Shown here: positions 1 through 13,800 of the stretch, piece by piece | Layout: every line of letters starts with the position of its first letter | Numbering within the stretch: the first letter of the stretch is position 1 | From: the human T2T-CHM13v2.0 reference genome, Homo sapiens | Assembly (NCBI RefSeq): GCF_009914755.1 | Contig: NC_060929.1 | DNA: 64,000 nt | Reading direction: 5' to 3' (one strand) | The notes under the pieces: model-generated | Told to the model about the DNA's origin: nothing | Database searches by the model: none | What the model saw: only the letters and a program-made list of their open reading frames with translations | Translations under genes and position numbers: made by a program

Positions 1-33
1 ATTTTCTCTAACAATTGCAGTCTTTCAACCACT

Positions 34-230
34 TTATATGTGACAAGGCATGAGCTTGCTTCCTCTCTTGTCACTCTCCTGAGTCCTCTTCTGTTTGTCT
101 GCAGCCCAAAAGGAAGCACAATATTCCAGCTGAGGTCTGAATGATGCAGGGTCAAGTGCATTCATTACCTCTTTATTTTGGGTTATTCTGGTTCTATTAA
201 TACAGCTTAAGATGTTATGTGAAATTTCCA
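34..230 (-). mobile_element. CR1/L3 LINE fossil (ORF2 C-terminal region)
   Basis: Translation ILSCINRTRITQNKEVMNALDPASFRPQLEYCASFWA resembles the CR1 ORF2 motif [38 protein letters not shown]. Confidence 0.75.
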
Positions 231-2690
231 AAATAGGTTCCATATTTTACCTTCAAAACTGTATGGCAGACACAAATACTACATTATCTGTGATTACTGT
301 GAATGAGGTTAGCACATTATTATGTGGTTGTGAATATCATACTTGGCTTCCTGGAGACCGAATATTCATGTATCAGGGCCCTCCTGTGATGACACAGTCA
401 GTGGCGCCCTCACAAGGGCATACCTTCTAGCCTTGTCTTATTCTTTAAAAAAAACCCACATTCTTTCTTTGTTCTAGCTACACAGCTGGAAAATCAGAAC
501 TGAACATAATAGTGGGAAGAGAGTACTCTTTAATCTCAGTATTTAATCTCCTGATACTTTCTGGACCTCTGAAAGTATTAATACATGCATTCCCATGAGA
601 AATATTATTGCTTCTCTAATAAATAAGGATGTCATACAAAATTAACAAATTAATAATTCAAGGACACATTCGGGTGCCAAAGAATACAGTTTTCTAATTT
701 TTACAGGAAAATATGTAAAGTAATATAAAATTTTCACTTGTAAATAGTGCAAACTGTGTTAGAAAAAAAGACAATGCAGATGAGAGATTTCCTTGAAATG
801 CTCTTAAAATCATGTTATTGATCCGTGTAAGTCAGCTATATCAATTCTACTGATCAAGAAATAGGTATTTTAAACACAATGCTTTCAGGAGTATACAATG
901 TTGACAAATATGCAAAAAAAAAAAATTGCAAAACTCCAAGAAAATCAAATAATGAATGCTAGCCAAATTTCTATCCGAACTAAGCTAACTCAATGATATT
1001 ATCGTTGTCTTTAATGGAGAAACATGAATAAGGATAATCTTTAGTGGACTTAGATTAAGTAATACAATGAATAGCTATAAAATTTGTGGATCAGAATTAG
1101 AAGAGGGGAAAAACACATTAATCAAGTAGACATGTTAACAAAATAATGGATTAGTCAGGATTACATTTGAATAAATTAGCAAAGCAAAAGAAATACATTA
1201 AATATCTAATATTTAGTAACTTAGAAGAGAAAAAAATGCTGTGTATTTTACATACTAATTCATACACATGCCCAACAAATAACTACCGTTTCCAGTCTTC
1301 ATGTGCACCATAACATGTGTAACATATGAAACAAAAATTTGCTCCTCCCTGATGTATATTGGTATGAAAATCTTTTAAGGTAACATGAGAATGAAAGAGA
1401 TTCTTCTTCATGCTAGACATAGAGGTTTTTAAACACATCATTTGGCTGACGTAAAGCACATTTGCAATAGGCATTAGTAACCTCAAGTTAAGAACAATAT
1501 ATGCCAGGCTGATGTACTGGACACTTCCTAAATACTGTACTCAGCAGTTTTGGAGCACTTAGCAATGATGAATTGGTGTGAAGACTCAGGTACTGAAAGG
1601 TCATTTCCCTTTTTTTCTTGAATCTTTTGCTTGTCTTGATTGACGCTCTGAAGAAGCCAAGGATACAGAAGGGGTGGAGAAAGCACGCAACCCAAATTAC
1701 CCAAAGGAGCTGCTTATAATGAACTTGAATGAAGATAGATTTTGGGGAGAGGTGGGGGAAAGTGGCCACAATCTTCAATATTCTTTTGAAGTGTTACTGC
1801 TTTCAAAGTTGTGATTTTTCTCAAGGTAAAGCTGTTTGACACAGATAGACTCATCTGTCAATCAAACATCTTTTACTCATGGCCAGGTCAAATACTTGAC
1901 TATTCTAGTAGTGGTATCAAACTCTTAGTGCCAATATAAAACAGCCAACTCACCTAGCCAGGGAAAAGAAATAATAAGAAAATGAAAAAGTGCACTGAGC
2001 CTTTATATCCTGTATTCAAGAACTGCATTTCTTTTTTATTTAGTTGTTTTGTCATTGCTGTTTATCAGTTTTTGTTTTTGTTGTTTTGTTTTATGATCAA
2101 ATAGTTTTAGGGGGATAATATATAATAGCCATGTCACACATTTCTGAAAGAACAACTTATTTCACCTGGCCCCATAAATGGAAATATTTCATAAATTCCA
2201 GAAGCTTTGGCATTCGTCTACATCCTCTTTCCAGACTGCTTGCTATTTCATAATCATTTTCATGATTCTCATTTTCCTTATGAATTGAATTTGTGCTTGA
2301 AACATTTCAAGCCTAGGGAAGCAATCTTGTGAGCTGACAGATCTTATTGGGAGCAACCTTGTTCAGAATTTTGACTTCCACTTCCACTCTTACACAACAA
2401 ATGTCCACGTATAGACTCAACATTTGCCTCAAAAATTCAAGTCTCCTTAAGAATTACAAAAGGTTGTATCACCCTGTAAGACTGTTGCCATTACAGATGG
2501 CATAGGACTCAGGATTCTAAAATCTAGTGCTATAATGGGCTATAAGTTGGGTTAAAGAAGTGAGAATGCTGTGCTTTTAACTTCAAAATTTGGCAAGACA
2601 TACCATTTTTTAATAAGAAACATATTTTTTATTTGGATTATCCTTTTCTTATACTATCTATTTTATTATACTTTCTTTAATAGTATTTAA

Positions 2691-3045
<355 letters not shown>

Positions 3046-3950
3046 GCTTTCTTTTAATTATAAACTAACAATAGTATTTACAATTTTCAAAGAACTTTCA
3101 AATATACTACAATCTTCCACAGAAATCCATAGGGGAAAAAAGGGACAGGAGAGGAACTAAAATATATCAAACACACTAAGTTGAGCAGATACCATGATTT
3201 ATATATGTATATCATTAATCTTTATGCACAACTTAGGACAAATTTCTTTCTGATCTTAGTATCATAAGTGGTGTGCTTCCCTGATCCATCAAATTGTTTA
3301 TCCAATGGACACGGGGATTTGTGTTTAAGCTTCCTGATTTACCCTGGATCCTAGGAAGCTTAGTGAGAACTTTACATTCCATCTTGCATACCCTTGGACT
3401 TCATGGTCTGCTTAACTCTTGAAAGATGGAAGGCCCTCTGCCTCCCTTGAGATCTAAACAAAATTGATTTGAACTTCCTAATTTCATGACCAGTAAGAAT
3501 CCCAAAACTCACCTCTAAATTTCTGATAATTTCCTAAAGGCTGGGCTCATTGACCTGCTTTGCCAACACAACACAGCTCATTTTGATTCACATGCCACCA
3601 ACACCATCAAAATCACTTACTTCAGGTACTCCTGAGGCTTCAAGTAAGACATACATATATTAGTGGTCTTCCCACCCCTAGCAACTCCCTGTACCCTCCC
3701 CAATACCCCTCACCCACCGAACCACTGTCAGTACTGGGGAGGGATCTGTTTATGGAGTATACCCGCAGTTCTCAGCCTTCCCAGGGCGAATTTTCCTCAT
3801 CCTGTCCTCTCTCCTAATTTCTCTGCCTCATCTCCATCATTCTCATTGGCTCTTTAGCACTAAATTCTTCTTCTGTTATGCAGAGAAGTTTTCACCCTTA
3901 GAGCACTTGAGCACCTACCTATAGTCAGATCCTCAGGGACTTTCTTCCTA

Positions 3951-4388
<438 letters not shown>

Positions 4389-4619
4389 TCTTCTAGCAAA
4401 GACATTTTTCTTCCTTCCCCAAGAGGATTCTGGTGCCGTTTGTAAAGGTAATATATATATATATATTTTTTAACTATTACATACATATGTGAGTAGGAAC
4501 ATCATACCTTATTTCTCTTTGCCCTTCATCAACATTCTCCCTATAAGTTATGCACATATAACTTTGTTGGTTGTCTTAAATGCTGCCTGGGAAAAGCTGC
4601 GGTTTAAAAATGACAAATT

Positions 4620-4810
4620 AAATAATGTATTATCTCATTGAATCCTTACAATAAATCTGGGTGATTGGAACTGTTCTATTTTTCTCTTATAAATGAGTTA
4701 AGTGATGCTCATAAAAGGTGATTTGCTCAAAGTTAACCAGTCAGCATCAGAGTTGAATTTGAACTTGGTTCAATACAGCTTTAAAGCATGGGATCTTTCC
4801 CTTGCATTGT
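4620..4810 (-). mobile_element. MIR
   Basis: tctcattgaatccttacaata...gatttgctcaaagttaacc...gaatttgaac follows the reverse MIR core. Confidence 0.6.
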
Positions 4811-5944
4811 ACTACTGGTTAAGAGAGAGAGGTATGAAACCCTCGAATGCTTTATCAAAATATACCTGTCACTTCCTCTTCCTACCCACTCTTCAACCTC
4901 CAGATTTTCATACTCCTTATTACTTTCCCCCCAACAAAGTCTTGCAGTTATTTCTGATAAATGATACAACTGCCTTCCCTAATGACATTCTCCAATCCTC
5001 ACCATCTCCATCACACTGAGAACTATGGCTTTTTAAAACATTGAAGTTAATTTTTCAGGATGTTCTCTGACAAAACTACATATAATGATATAAAATAGTT
5101 ATTGATACTCTTTCATAATAAAGTGAGAATAAAACCTCATTCTATACATATATAGTGTGATTATAACCACTATACTAAAGAATTGATATATTTAAAAACT
5201 CAAATATAGGATATGTATGCTAGAATAATGAGAGAAATTAATTAACACTGATAATATTAATAAAAATTATCATTTCTACAATGAGACTAGAAAGGAGGAG
5301 GCCAGATGAGGCAGAGCTTTATGCTGTATTACATATAATACAAAGCTAGTACATTTTCTTGGCAAGTGAAGAGATATTAGGGAGATGATTTTTAGAGCTT
5401 AGTTTGACAGTGAAAGATGTATAAAAAGAACGAAGAGCCACACGTAGAGGCTGGTCTATGTCTGAAGACCACATCATGTACTGTGATGAAAAGTAATTAA
5501 AATGAAACATCAATGTTATAGATGCAGAAAGGGGCATAATCAAGCATCAGAGCCAGCTGTGGAGATAATTTACAGACTTTTATCTCACCAGCAAGATAAA
5601 ACATACATATCTTCAAGGAAAGAAAGATTCCTATATGAAAGTGAATGAGCTAGTTATTAGTTTTGAAGAAATGGTGTCTTAGATAAGGTGATTTGTAGCA
5701 ATAGCATTTAGATTTTACAGATACACCCAGTTCGGCAGTATGGTTGCTTCTACAAATCCAGTTAAACTCTCCCAAGTGACAGAAATCAAGATATGTGGGA
5801 ATTATTTATGCTCAAGATGACAATTTTTATAGAAACAGTATCTATCCCCCCAAAAACATGGGCTATATCCTAAAAACCTGAAATTAATATTAAAAGCCGT
5901 AAATTCCCAGGACACAATTCTGGAAAAGTAATGTTTACTCTAAA

Positions 5945-6500
5945 ATCATTTTATTGAGCACCTACTATGTGTCAGGCACTGTGCTAAGAACAGAGAATCT
6001 AATGAAGCAGGGCCTGAGTAAGACAGTCATAAACAGAAAATCCATCCTGTATAAGGTAGGCACTGACTCAACATGGGAGGGCACATCAGTCGATTCTTGC
6101 TGAGGCTTGAGAGATGAGGAGGTATAAATTATCCCTCATAATTCAAACTTAACCCAAGGTATTGTCCCTGTATTTACTGAACAAGAATGTGATATAGAAG
6201 AGGCAGTTTAGACCTCCAAGCAACCTATAGTTAATGGGTAAGATCTAGGTTGGAACTGGCCTGCCACTGATTACCCTAGGCAACCTGGTTAACCATTCAC
6301 AGCTAGTTGCCTAATCTGTACTATAACAATATTTATTGGATACTTACTGAGTGACAGGTGTTCTAAGCACTAGACTGGTTTTCTCATTTAATCTTCACAG
6401 CAACCCTATGCAATGAGAACTATTTACTGTCCCTATGTTACAGATCATGGAGAGGTTAGATAAGTGACCCAAGGTTGCACCCTTAGTAAGTAGATAACAA
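5945..6500 (-). mobile_element. L2 3' end and MIR fragments
   Basis: tttattgagcacctactatgtgtcaggcactgtgctaag (L2 tail) and tctcatttaatcttcacagcaaccctatg...gttacagat...aagtgacccaaggttgcac (MIR). Confidence 0.65.
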
Positions 6501-9169
6501 GCCCTTGCCACAGACTTGGGGGATGATTAAGTAAAATGATGTCTATAAAAAAATTAGTCTATACTTGGAATGGATAACCTGTTAAATGTGATAGTTATTA
6601 TCTGTATTATTTTTTATAGCATACGACCCTACCTTATCTCAAAACATAGCACAATAACATTATTTGAAAAATATAAAGTTATTTAATTAAAATTTCCCCT
6701 GACAATATAATTTTTATTTATCATTCTTTTCTGTACACATAATTATTTATTAAGAAAAAATTTAAAAAGTACCTATTAAGTACAACACCATGCTGGGTAT
6801 TGTGGTATAAAGTAGAAAAAAGTAGTCGAGGTGGCTACTGCAATGAATAGAACAGATTATAATGTTAATACCTGGTCTCAAAGGCTAGCTTGGTCTCAGA
6901 AAGTTCTTTGAAGCAAAAGGTTGTGTGCAGTGAAGATCTCACAGAATGTGGTCACCCTTTCAAATGATGACATCCTGAGGCAACTTAGCATTCAACCTCT
7001 CTCAAAAATCAAATCTGGCACGGATTATTTTCTAAAAAATAGGACTTTTCCCACAAATATTTTCTTCTTTTAAAATTAACACACCCAAAGGTTTAAGACT
7101 CAAATGCCTTACTTTAGGACTTGTAAGAGGTCTCTTTCACTGATCTCAATACCACTACGGTTTTCTCAATTTGCCCACTGTCACATTGCTAGCTTTCCTT
7201 TCTTCTCTAGAACATCAAGGGACTCTCCATCATTACGCCAATTATTTGTTTTAAACATAGTGAGCAACCCAATGACAAGGTTCTTAAGATTGAGGACTTC
7301 ATATCATGTTATTTCCTTAAATTAAATGGAGGATATATGAAAAAGGAAGGGCCTGAGACCTTTATCAAGAGAAGAGTTGGGAAGATATGAGAAATGTATA
7401 GGTTGCATATGGAATATGTTTTCTCAAATACTGTGGATATCAGCATTAACGGGCATAACGCTGCTGTCTTCCCCATGAAAAAGGCTGCCATTTAAAGTTA
7501 GGTTTTGTGGAGAAGGAATTAAGCAAAATACCCAAGGTAGACAGGCTAAGGATATTCCATAGGAGAGGCCAAATACTTGAGAAAAGCATCAGAGCTCAGT
7601 CCTGGAGGTGTTTGTTGATTTATGTGTGGTTTCTCTGCATTACCTTTAATGGAAGAACAATTATGCCTGAATAAGACAGAAATGAGTAAATTAACTAGGT
7701 AAGATATAAGATCATAGATTTTTATAGCACCTTAGTGATCAGTTAAGTCAACCTTCTCATTTTCATATTTAGAAAAGAAAAATATGGAGACTCAAGGGAG
7801 AGGAAGAATGAAGTTCCCTGACAAGTGACTAAGACTTTTAGAATCTTATTTAGAGTTTTAGAGCCACAGCAAAAATTCTACAAAGCAAGCTCTGTATAAA
7901 GTAGTGGTGAGCACTGAATGCTGACAATAATAGCGGAAGCTCTGCTGAGATGATTAGAAGAGATGAAAGGAATTCATAATATTGGCTAAAGTCACAGTAT
8001 CCTCCAGGGTTTATTCTCATGACCTAGAAAATTATAAGGCTATTTAATAATATCCCTTAACTTACATATTTTATTTGTCATTTTCTCCTATTTATCTTGG
8101 AGACATAAAAGAGAATTTAAATGTATAAATATTTAAACTGGGTTACATCAGTTCTGGTTAAAGTCATATTATGTTTCCTTATTTCCAGTACATTTCTCAG
8201 AGACTGGTGACACTTTCAAGTAAGCTTCATAGCGGTTTTGAAGAAATTTTTGTAAAAGCAGGTTACATATATATGGATTTGTGACATTCTAACATAAACC
8301 ACAGAAAGGTTCCTATTAAAAAGGGAGCAAAGCTGAATCATTTTGGCTTTTCTTCCCACTGTGATTTTTATTCATTTGAAGATAAAATTCAAAGCAAACA
8401 TCTTAAAGCTTCTGTTTGTCACCCAAGAGTTATTTCAAGGCAGCACAGGAAATCTCACATTTTCAAAAAATCAGGTCATGAAAATGGAACTGCAATCTAA
8501 TTAATATGTTCATAAAACAGTTTCCACCACTACCAAATAAAACAACAACAACAATTAAGATCAACTCTGTATTCTTTGGAATCCCAAGAAACACAATCCA
8601 TAGGAGACATTCTCATCACAAAACAGTTTCAAATTTAATAATTAAGAATTGTAACATTTCTGTCACATCTCTACTCATTTCCCTGACATAATACTTTGTG
8701 TAAATAATTTCTCAAGTAGAGTAAAACGTCTTTTATTGACTGGATATATTCATTCAACATCACTGACCTTTTTCCAACTTGTTTGACTGTCTTGTACTCT
8801 CTCTTCAATAACCTTTCCAATTCCCCCTAGTAGCTGTTCCATCATCTTACTAAGCTCCTCCACCTGCTCCTCCCTGGTCCTCTTTCTGAGATGTGATCTT
8901 GAATTCCATTTAATACTTCCCAGAGAAAACACAGGGCATAAAACAAAAACTCCCTCAGGCTCTCCTTCCACCTACCTAATCTCCACATTATCTGCATTCT
9001 CCCTCCTTTTCCTCCCCCTATCCCAGAGGGTGTCATGTCCACAAGTTTCCCAGCTCTGTATCAGAATATTTCCTTAGGGACATGCTTCCTACTCTTAAAA
9101 GTGCTTGGTGTTCTTCACTAGCTACTGTGTTTTTCTCCTCTCCTTCTCCTCTTTCCTCCTCTTCTTCTC

Positions 9170-9545
9170 CTCCTCCTTCGTTCTTAAGCAAAATTTTGAA
9201 AGAAGTAGTTTGCACAACTTTTCTCTGCTTTTATTACCCCTGAAATATAACTTACCCCCAGACACTCCCTTAAACCACTCTCTGAAGTATTATCAGTAAC
9301 TACTAATTCCCAAATCCATCAAATATATTTTCACTTTGAAACTTAAGGTATTTGGATCAAGTCAGTTAAGTTGTTTCTCCTTCTGACTCCTGTAACAACT
9401 TGTATATATCTATATTAATATGCTCCATACTATACTGTAATTATTTGTTTCTGTGGCTGTTCTCCAGACTAGTTTATGAGTATCTCCAAGGCAGGACTCT
9501 TATTACATTCATCTGGGCATCCCCTATGAATAAATAACTCAGTGT
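9170..9545 (+). mobile_element. L2 fragment
   Basis: Ends with ccatactatactgtaattatttgtttctgtggctgttctccagactag...aggcaggactc, typical of the L2 3' region. Confidence 0.55.
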
Positions 9546-9789
9546 GTTCCACCTGTTCCAATATAATTCACTAACCATGACATTTTTCAGTAACTCAGAA
9601 ATTGGGCTATTTTATGATTAAAATGCTTCTTTGGCAATTGGATCTGATTTCAGATAATACTAATATTCTTTACTTGAGCACAAAATGAAGTTTAAAGACA
9701 TACAATTAGTTGAATATTTTGAAGAAAGTAATAATTATGGCAGCAAAACCTAAAATGTGGATGATCTTTTATTTTTGGCAAAGCATTCT

Positions 9790-10130
9790 CAAAACCATTT
9801 CATCTGTCACAAAGTAAAGCTGGAGCCCGTATCAAAGCAGGGCCAGAGATAGGCAGTTTGAACAGGGCTCAACAATGCCCCGCAGAGATGGTGAATAGAG
9901 CTGAATTCATCTATGCTCCACACACCAAGTGTGTACCCAGTGGGAAGAGTGACTTTTGCTTTGAACAGAGGCTCTGTCCATTCACCAAGTACTGTAGTTT
10001 GCATTTCTACTTCATCTGTTCAAAGTGTGACACCTTTCCTAATATATCGTCCAGAGAGGCACTTTTTAGTGAAAGGATCCTATAGGCCACAGTGACCTTG
10101 GAAACAGAGTTCACCACAAATTCCTTTTAA
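9790..10130. promoter_or_regulatory. Candidate intronic enhancer with clustered TCF/LEF and SOX motifs
   Basis: ATCAAAG 9831-9837, CTTTGAA 9959-9965, TTCAAAG 10019-10025 and AACAATG 9871-9877 in a non-repetitive block. Motif evidence only. Confidence 0.4.
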
Positions 10131-10374
10131 ATTTCTCATTCTGAGAAAATACAGAAAGAGCTGCTGACACAGTCTAAGTATAGGTCATTGTTCTAACATT
10201 AAAAGGAAGAGTTTCTCAAGGAAAGGCTATTCACATTCAGTAAGCATCCTACATACTTAGCCAGGCTGCTAAATAACAGGGTAAATCTGCTTATTTTCTC
10301 TGGTCTACTGCTAATCTAATTTTCAAAAAGATCCATAAACAAGAGTGCTAAGTCATCTGCCACAAGAACAATAT

Positions 10375-10610
10375 GGTGGATTAAAAATATATTGGGCTCT
10401 AAAATCAGGCCAGGCCTGGTTTTGAGTGGGTCAGCTTCCCTAGCAATAGATATATGAACTTTCAGCAAGTTATCTAATCTCTGTGAACATTACCTTCCTC
10501 ATCTGCAAACAGGGATTTGGATAAGAAATTCTCAGAAAGTTATATTGCCATTAAAGGATGTAACTTATGTGAAAACATATGGCATGCAGAGGAGTGCTCA
10601 ACAGTGTTGA
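10375..10610 (+). mobile_element. MIR
   Basis: caagttatctaatctctgtgaacattaccttcctcatctgcaaacaggg MIR core. Confidence 0.65.
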
Positions 10611-10680
10611 TCTCTTCCATGAAGTATATGATAGTTATACAAGAGATTTTGGCATGTCATTGTCAACATTCTAATAAATT

Positions 10681-10899
10681 CTTCTTTTATTTTTTTGAGA
10701 CAGGGTCTTTCTGTCTTGCCCAGGCTGGAGTGCAGTGGCATGATCATGGCTTATCGTAGCCTCAACCTTCTGAATTCAAGAGACACTCCCACCTTAGCCT
10801 CCCTGAGTAACTGGGACCACAGGCATGAACCACCATGCCCAGCTACCTTTAAAAAAATAGAGAGAGAGACAGGGTCTCACTATGTTGTTCAGGCTGGTC
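10681..10899 (-). mobile_element. 5'-truncated AluJ
   Basis: Right arm plus part of the left arm; TSD tctaataaatt at 10670-10680 and 10900-10910. Confidence 0.85.
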
Positions 10900-13800
10900 T
10901 CTAATAAATTGTTATTACCAATGTGCTATGAGATTTTCTTTAATAGCCTACTTCTTAACATGAAGTGGGTAAATATCTGCTGTAATAGTTTTCAAAAGTG
11001 GTAAAAACTCAAAGAGCTTTCAGAAGGTCACACAAAACATTAACACTCCAGAAGCTGAATTAGAAACCTGGAGTGCTTTTTTTAAATTATTTTTTTTTAG
11101 TTTATTTATGTTTCCAGCCAATAGCCTGATTATGTAGACTCTAGATTATCTATCCTTGAAATCATATATGGAGAGATATATATGTATAAATTTTACACAA
11201 CATAATCCCTAGTTGTAATATATTGTCTTGGGTATGTTTATAGGCTGGTACTTCTCAAACAACTGGAAACGTCACCTAATAGTCCATCAAGTTATAAGCA
11301 GTTGCAGCAGTTATGGCTTGGAGACATTTTTGAGCCATTGCAAAAATGTGGATAATGCTATAGCTAGACAGAGTATTAATGAGCATTAACGTTTGTGGGA
11401 TATGATTGAAAGAGGAGAGAAAAGGATGAGGGATTTTTTTAAAAAGGAACATTCGACCTATGGCAATAAAAAACTGGTTGTTTAGTTTTTTTGGGTTCTT
11501 CTTTGCATCTCAGAATTTGAAACTATTTTCAATTTTCCTTTACTTGCCTATTTTTCTCTGAACCCAAATACCTCAACATTAGTGTAAGTAACTCAGTAAT
11601 AGTCAACTAAAAGGAAGAAGCAAAAAGGAGTGGAAAGTGAAGAATTTAAAAGAAGCTAAAACATCATACATTGTTAGTAAATAATTTTCATATGATGAGG
11701 AATAATTTCTTATTTTTTTCCTTTTGTAAGATTTCTAAGACCTCCCTGGCTTATGCCACTCAGTCCTTTGAAGATGTAACCTCACAGCGATTTAAAGTGC
11801 ACAAACTATTTTACTACAGCAGAAAGGCTGCTAGGACTAAAGACTATTTTTCATTTCCATAAGTTGTAAGCACATTGATATTACTAATAACAACTTTGCT
11901 CCTCTATCATAGCATACTTAATCGAATTATTTTTAAAAACACTAAAACATAAACATTTGTAATTTCATTTTTAAATTCCAAGGTATTACTAGAAAAAATT
12001 AAGGGGCATACAGCTGATGGCAACAAAAGACAGTAAAATAGAAAGCCAAGAGAAAAGTTTTATGTTTAATAGGATCGATATCTCATATAATGGAAAATCT
12101 TTGCTACACTATATCTAAACCTGAATTTCTGCCTTAAACAATGGCTGACTTTAACATTGAGCCCTAGGGATTTGTGAACGAGATGAGTTTGTATAATTAT
12201 GAGCTCCATCTAAACTTTATTGGTCCTAAGTGTTTACAAGTAAATTGTATTTGGCCCCAACAGGAATTCAGAATTAAGCTGGCAGTCTGGTATTTATATT
12301 TTAGAATTTCTGGGTTGTTCTGTAACCCAGAGGAAGAGATGTTAAAGAAGCAAGGTCAGCTATTACCTGCAATTTCACTGGAAGACAAGCAGACACTGCA
12401 ATAATTTTAAGTTAACTAAAAGGAGCAAAGCTCCATTATCTTACATGAGACTTGATACGTCATTTCCTTCAACGTATACATAGTCATCAAACTCAATATT
12501 GCTCCCACCCCCTAAAATTCTAATAAAATATAATGTATTGGTCAGAACACATACTCTGGAAAATGCACTTCTGGATTGAGTTTCTGTAATTTCAATGTAT
12601 GAAGAGGAGAAAACCTTAAAAGATGAAACTCTATGAGGCTAGATAGGAAGGATTATCTTTTCATTAGAGGGCAGGCCATTCTGACTTTCTCTGAATACGT
12701 ATTCATTATATTAGTAGATTTAAACACATATACATGCAAATTATGAACACATATATGAATATATTATCAATATACTGATTTATATCTTGCTTCATTCCAT
12801 AAAGGATTTAGACCAAAACAGAATAAAACAGTATGAGTTAGTTTATGAATTGAATGCTTGGTCTATAGAGGAACAATCAAACAAATAACTTTCTAGACTA
12901 AACCTTTTAGAAATTGATACCTGGAAAAGGACAGTCTAATGAAAGAATTTAGGGTCCTAGAAGAAGGAAAAAGATGCCTCCATGTTGAGTGAAAGTGCCA
13001 CAGTCACCTCATTTTGCCTCTTCACTGGAGTTACCTCTCAGCATCACAAAGACAGTTTAAAACATTTAGATGTCCTACCTTTAAAAATTAAACCCTAAGC
13101 ACCAAATAAGCAAATCATTAATCACCTTCCACAATCATTAATCCCAAATCTCCCTCTGGTGTCCTCAGAGGGGCCCTCCATGGCAGCATTCCACAGCCTC
13201 TCCTAGCCAGGGCCTTTAGCTTCTATCTTCCACTGTCCTTTTAGCCATGTGAATCCATCATTAAAAGGATGCAAAGGTATTTAAATAAAATGCCCTCCTA
13301 AATTGTTTAGCTATGAAATTCAATTGCATTCAACATAGCCTTGATGTTTCTGGCATGAAATTATAGTATTTTTACAAATAAGATTATAAAAAGTTGTTAT
13401 ATATCTTTTAAGTCAGGCAAAAAGCTGAACATGTTAGTCACACTGTGTTAGGTCATTCATGTTAGACCCTGGCATGTGATTCCAGGTCATAATGCTTCTA
13501 AAGGTCCTCTTAACTGCTGCTACATGAAATTTAAATTCCTAGAAAGCTGACTTGCATTTCCCTTCTTTCAACCATGCCATACTTGTTCCTGAATGCCAGG
13601 CTATCTCTCCATTCTAACAACTAGCCAGAAGGAAAAATAAGAAGAGCTATATAGTACTTATCTATCCAGTGAGGCAAACCCTTATCTTTGTTTGGCTTGG
13701 CAGTAAAAAGACTGAAAAGTGTAATGGAAAGAAGCCTTCGCAATAAAATCCTCCAGCTAATATTTCTAATGTAGCTTCAAAGAAGAAACACACATTCTTC

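Noticed and set aside
1488-1778. 96-aa ORF and acceptor-like ttggcttcttcag near 1648 on the minus strand
   Set aside because: No recognisable protein, no convincing donor, and not a PDE4D N-terminus I recognise.
5024-5040. tatggcttttta resembles the 5' end of miR-135; atacgcgtag near 37295 resembles the 3' end of miR-137
   Set aside because: Matches end after 10-12 nt with no hairpin. I also did not spot the PDE4D-intronic miR-582 hairpin in this window.
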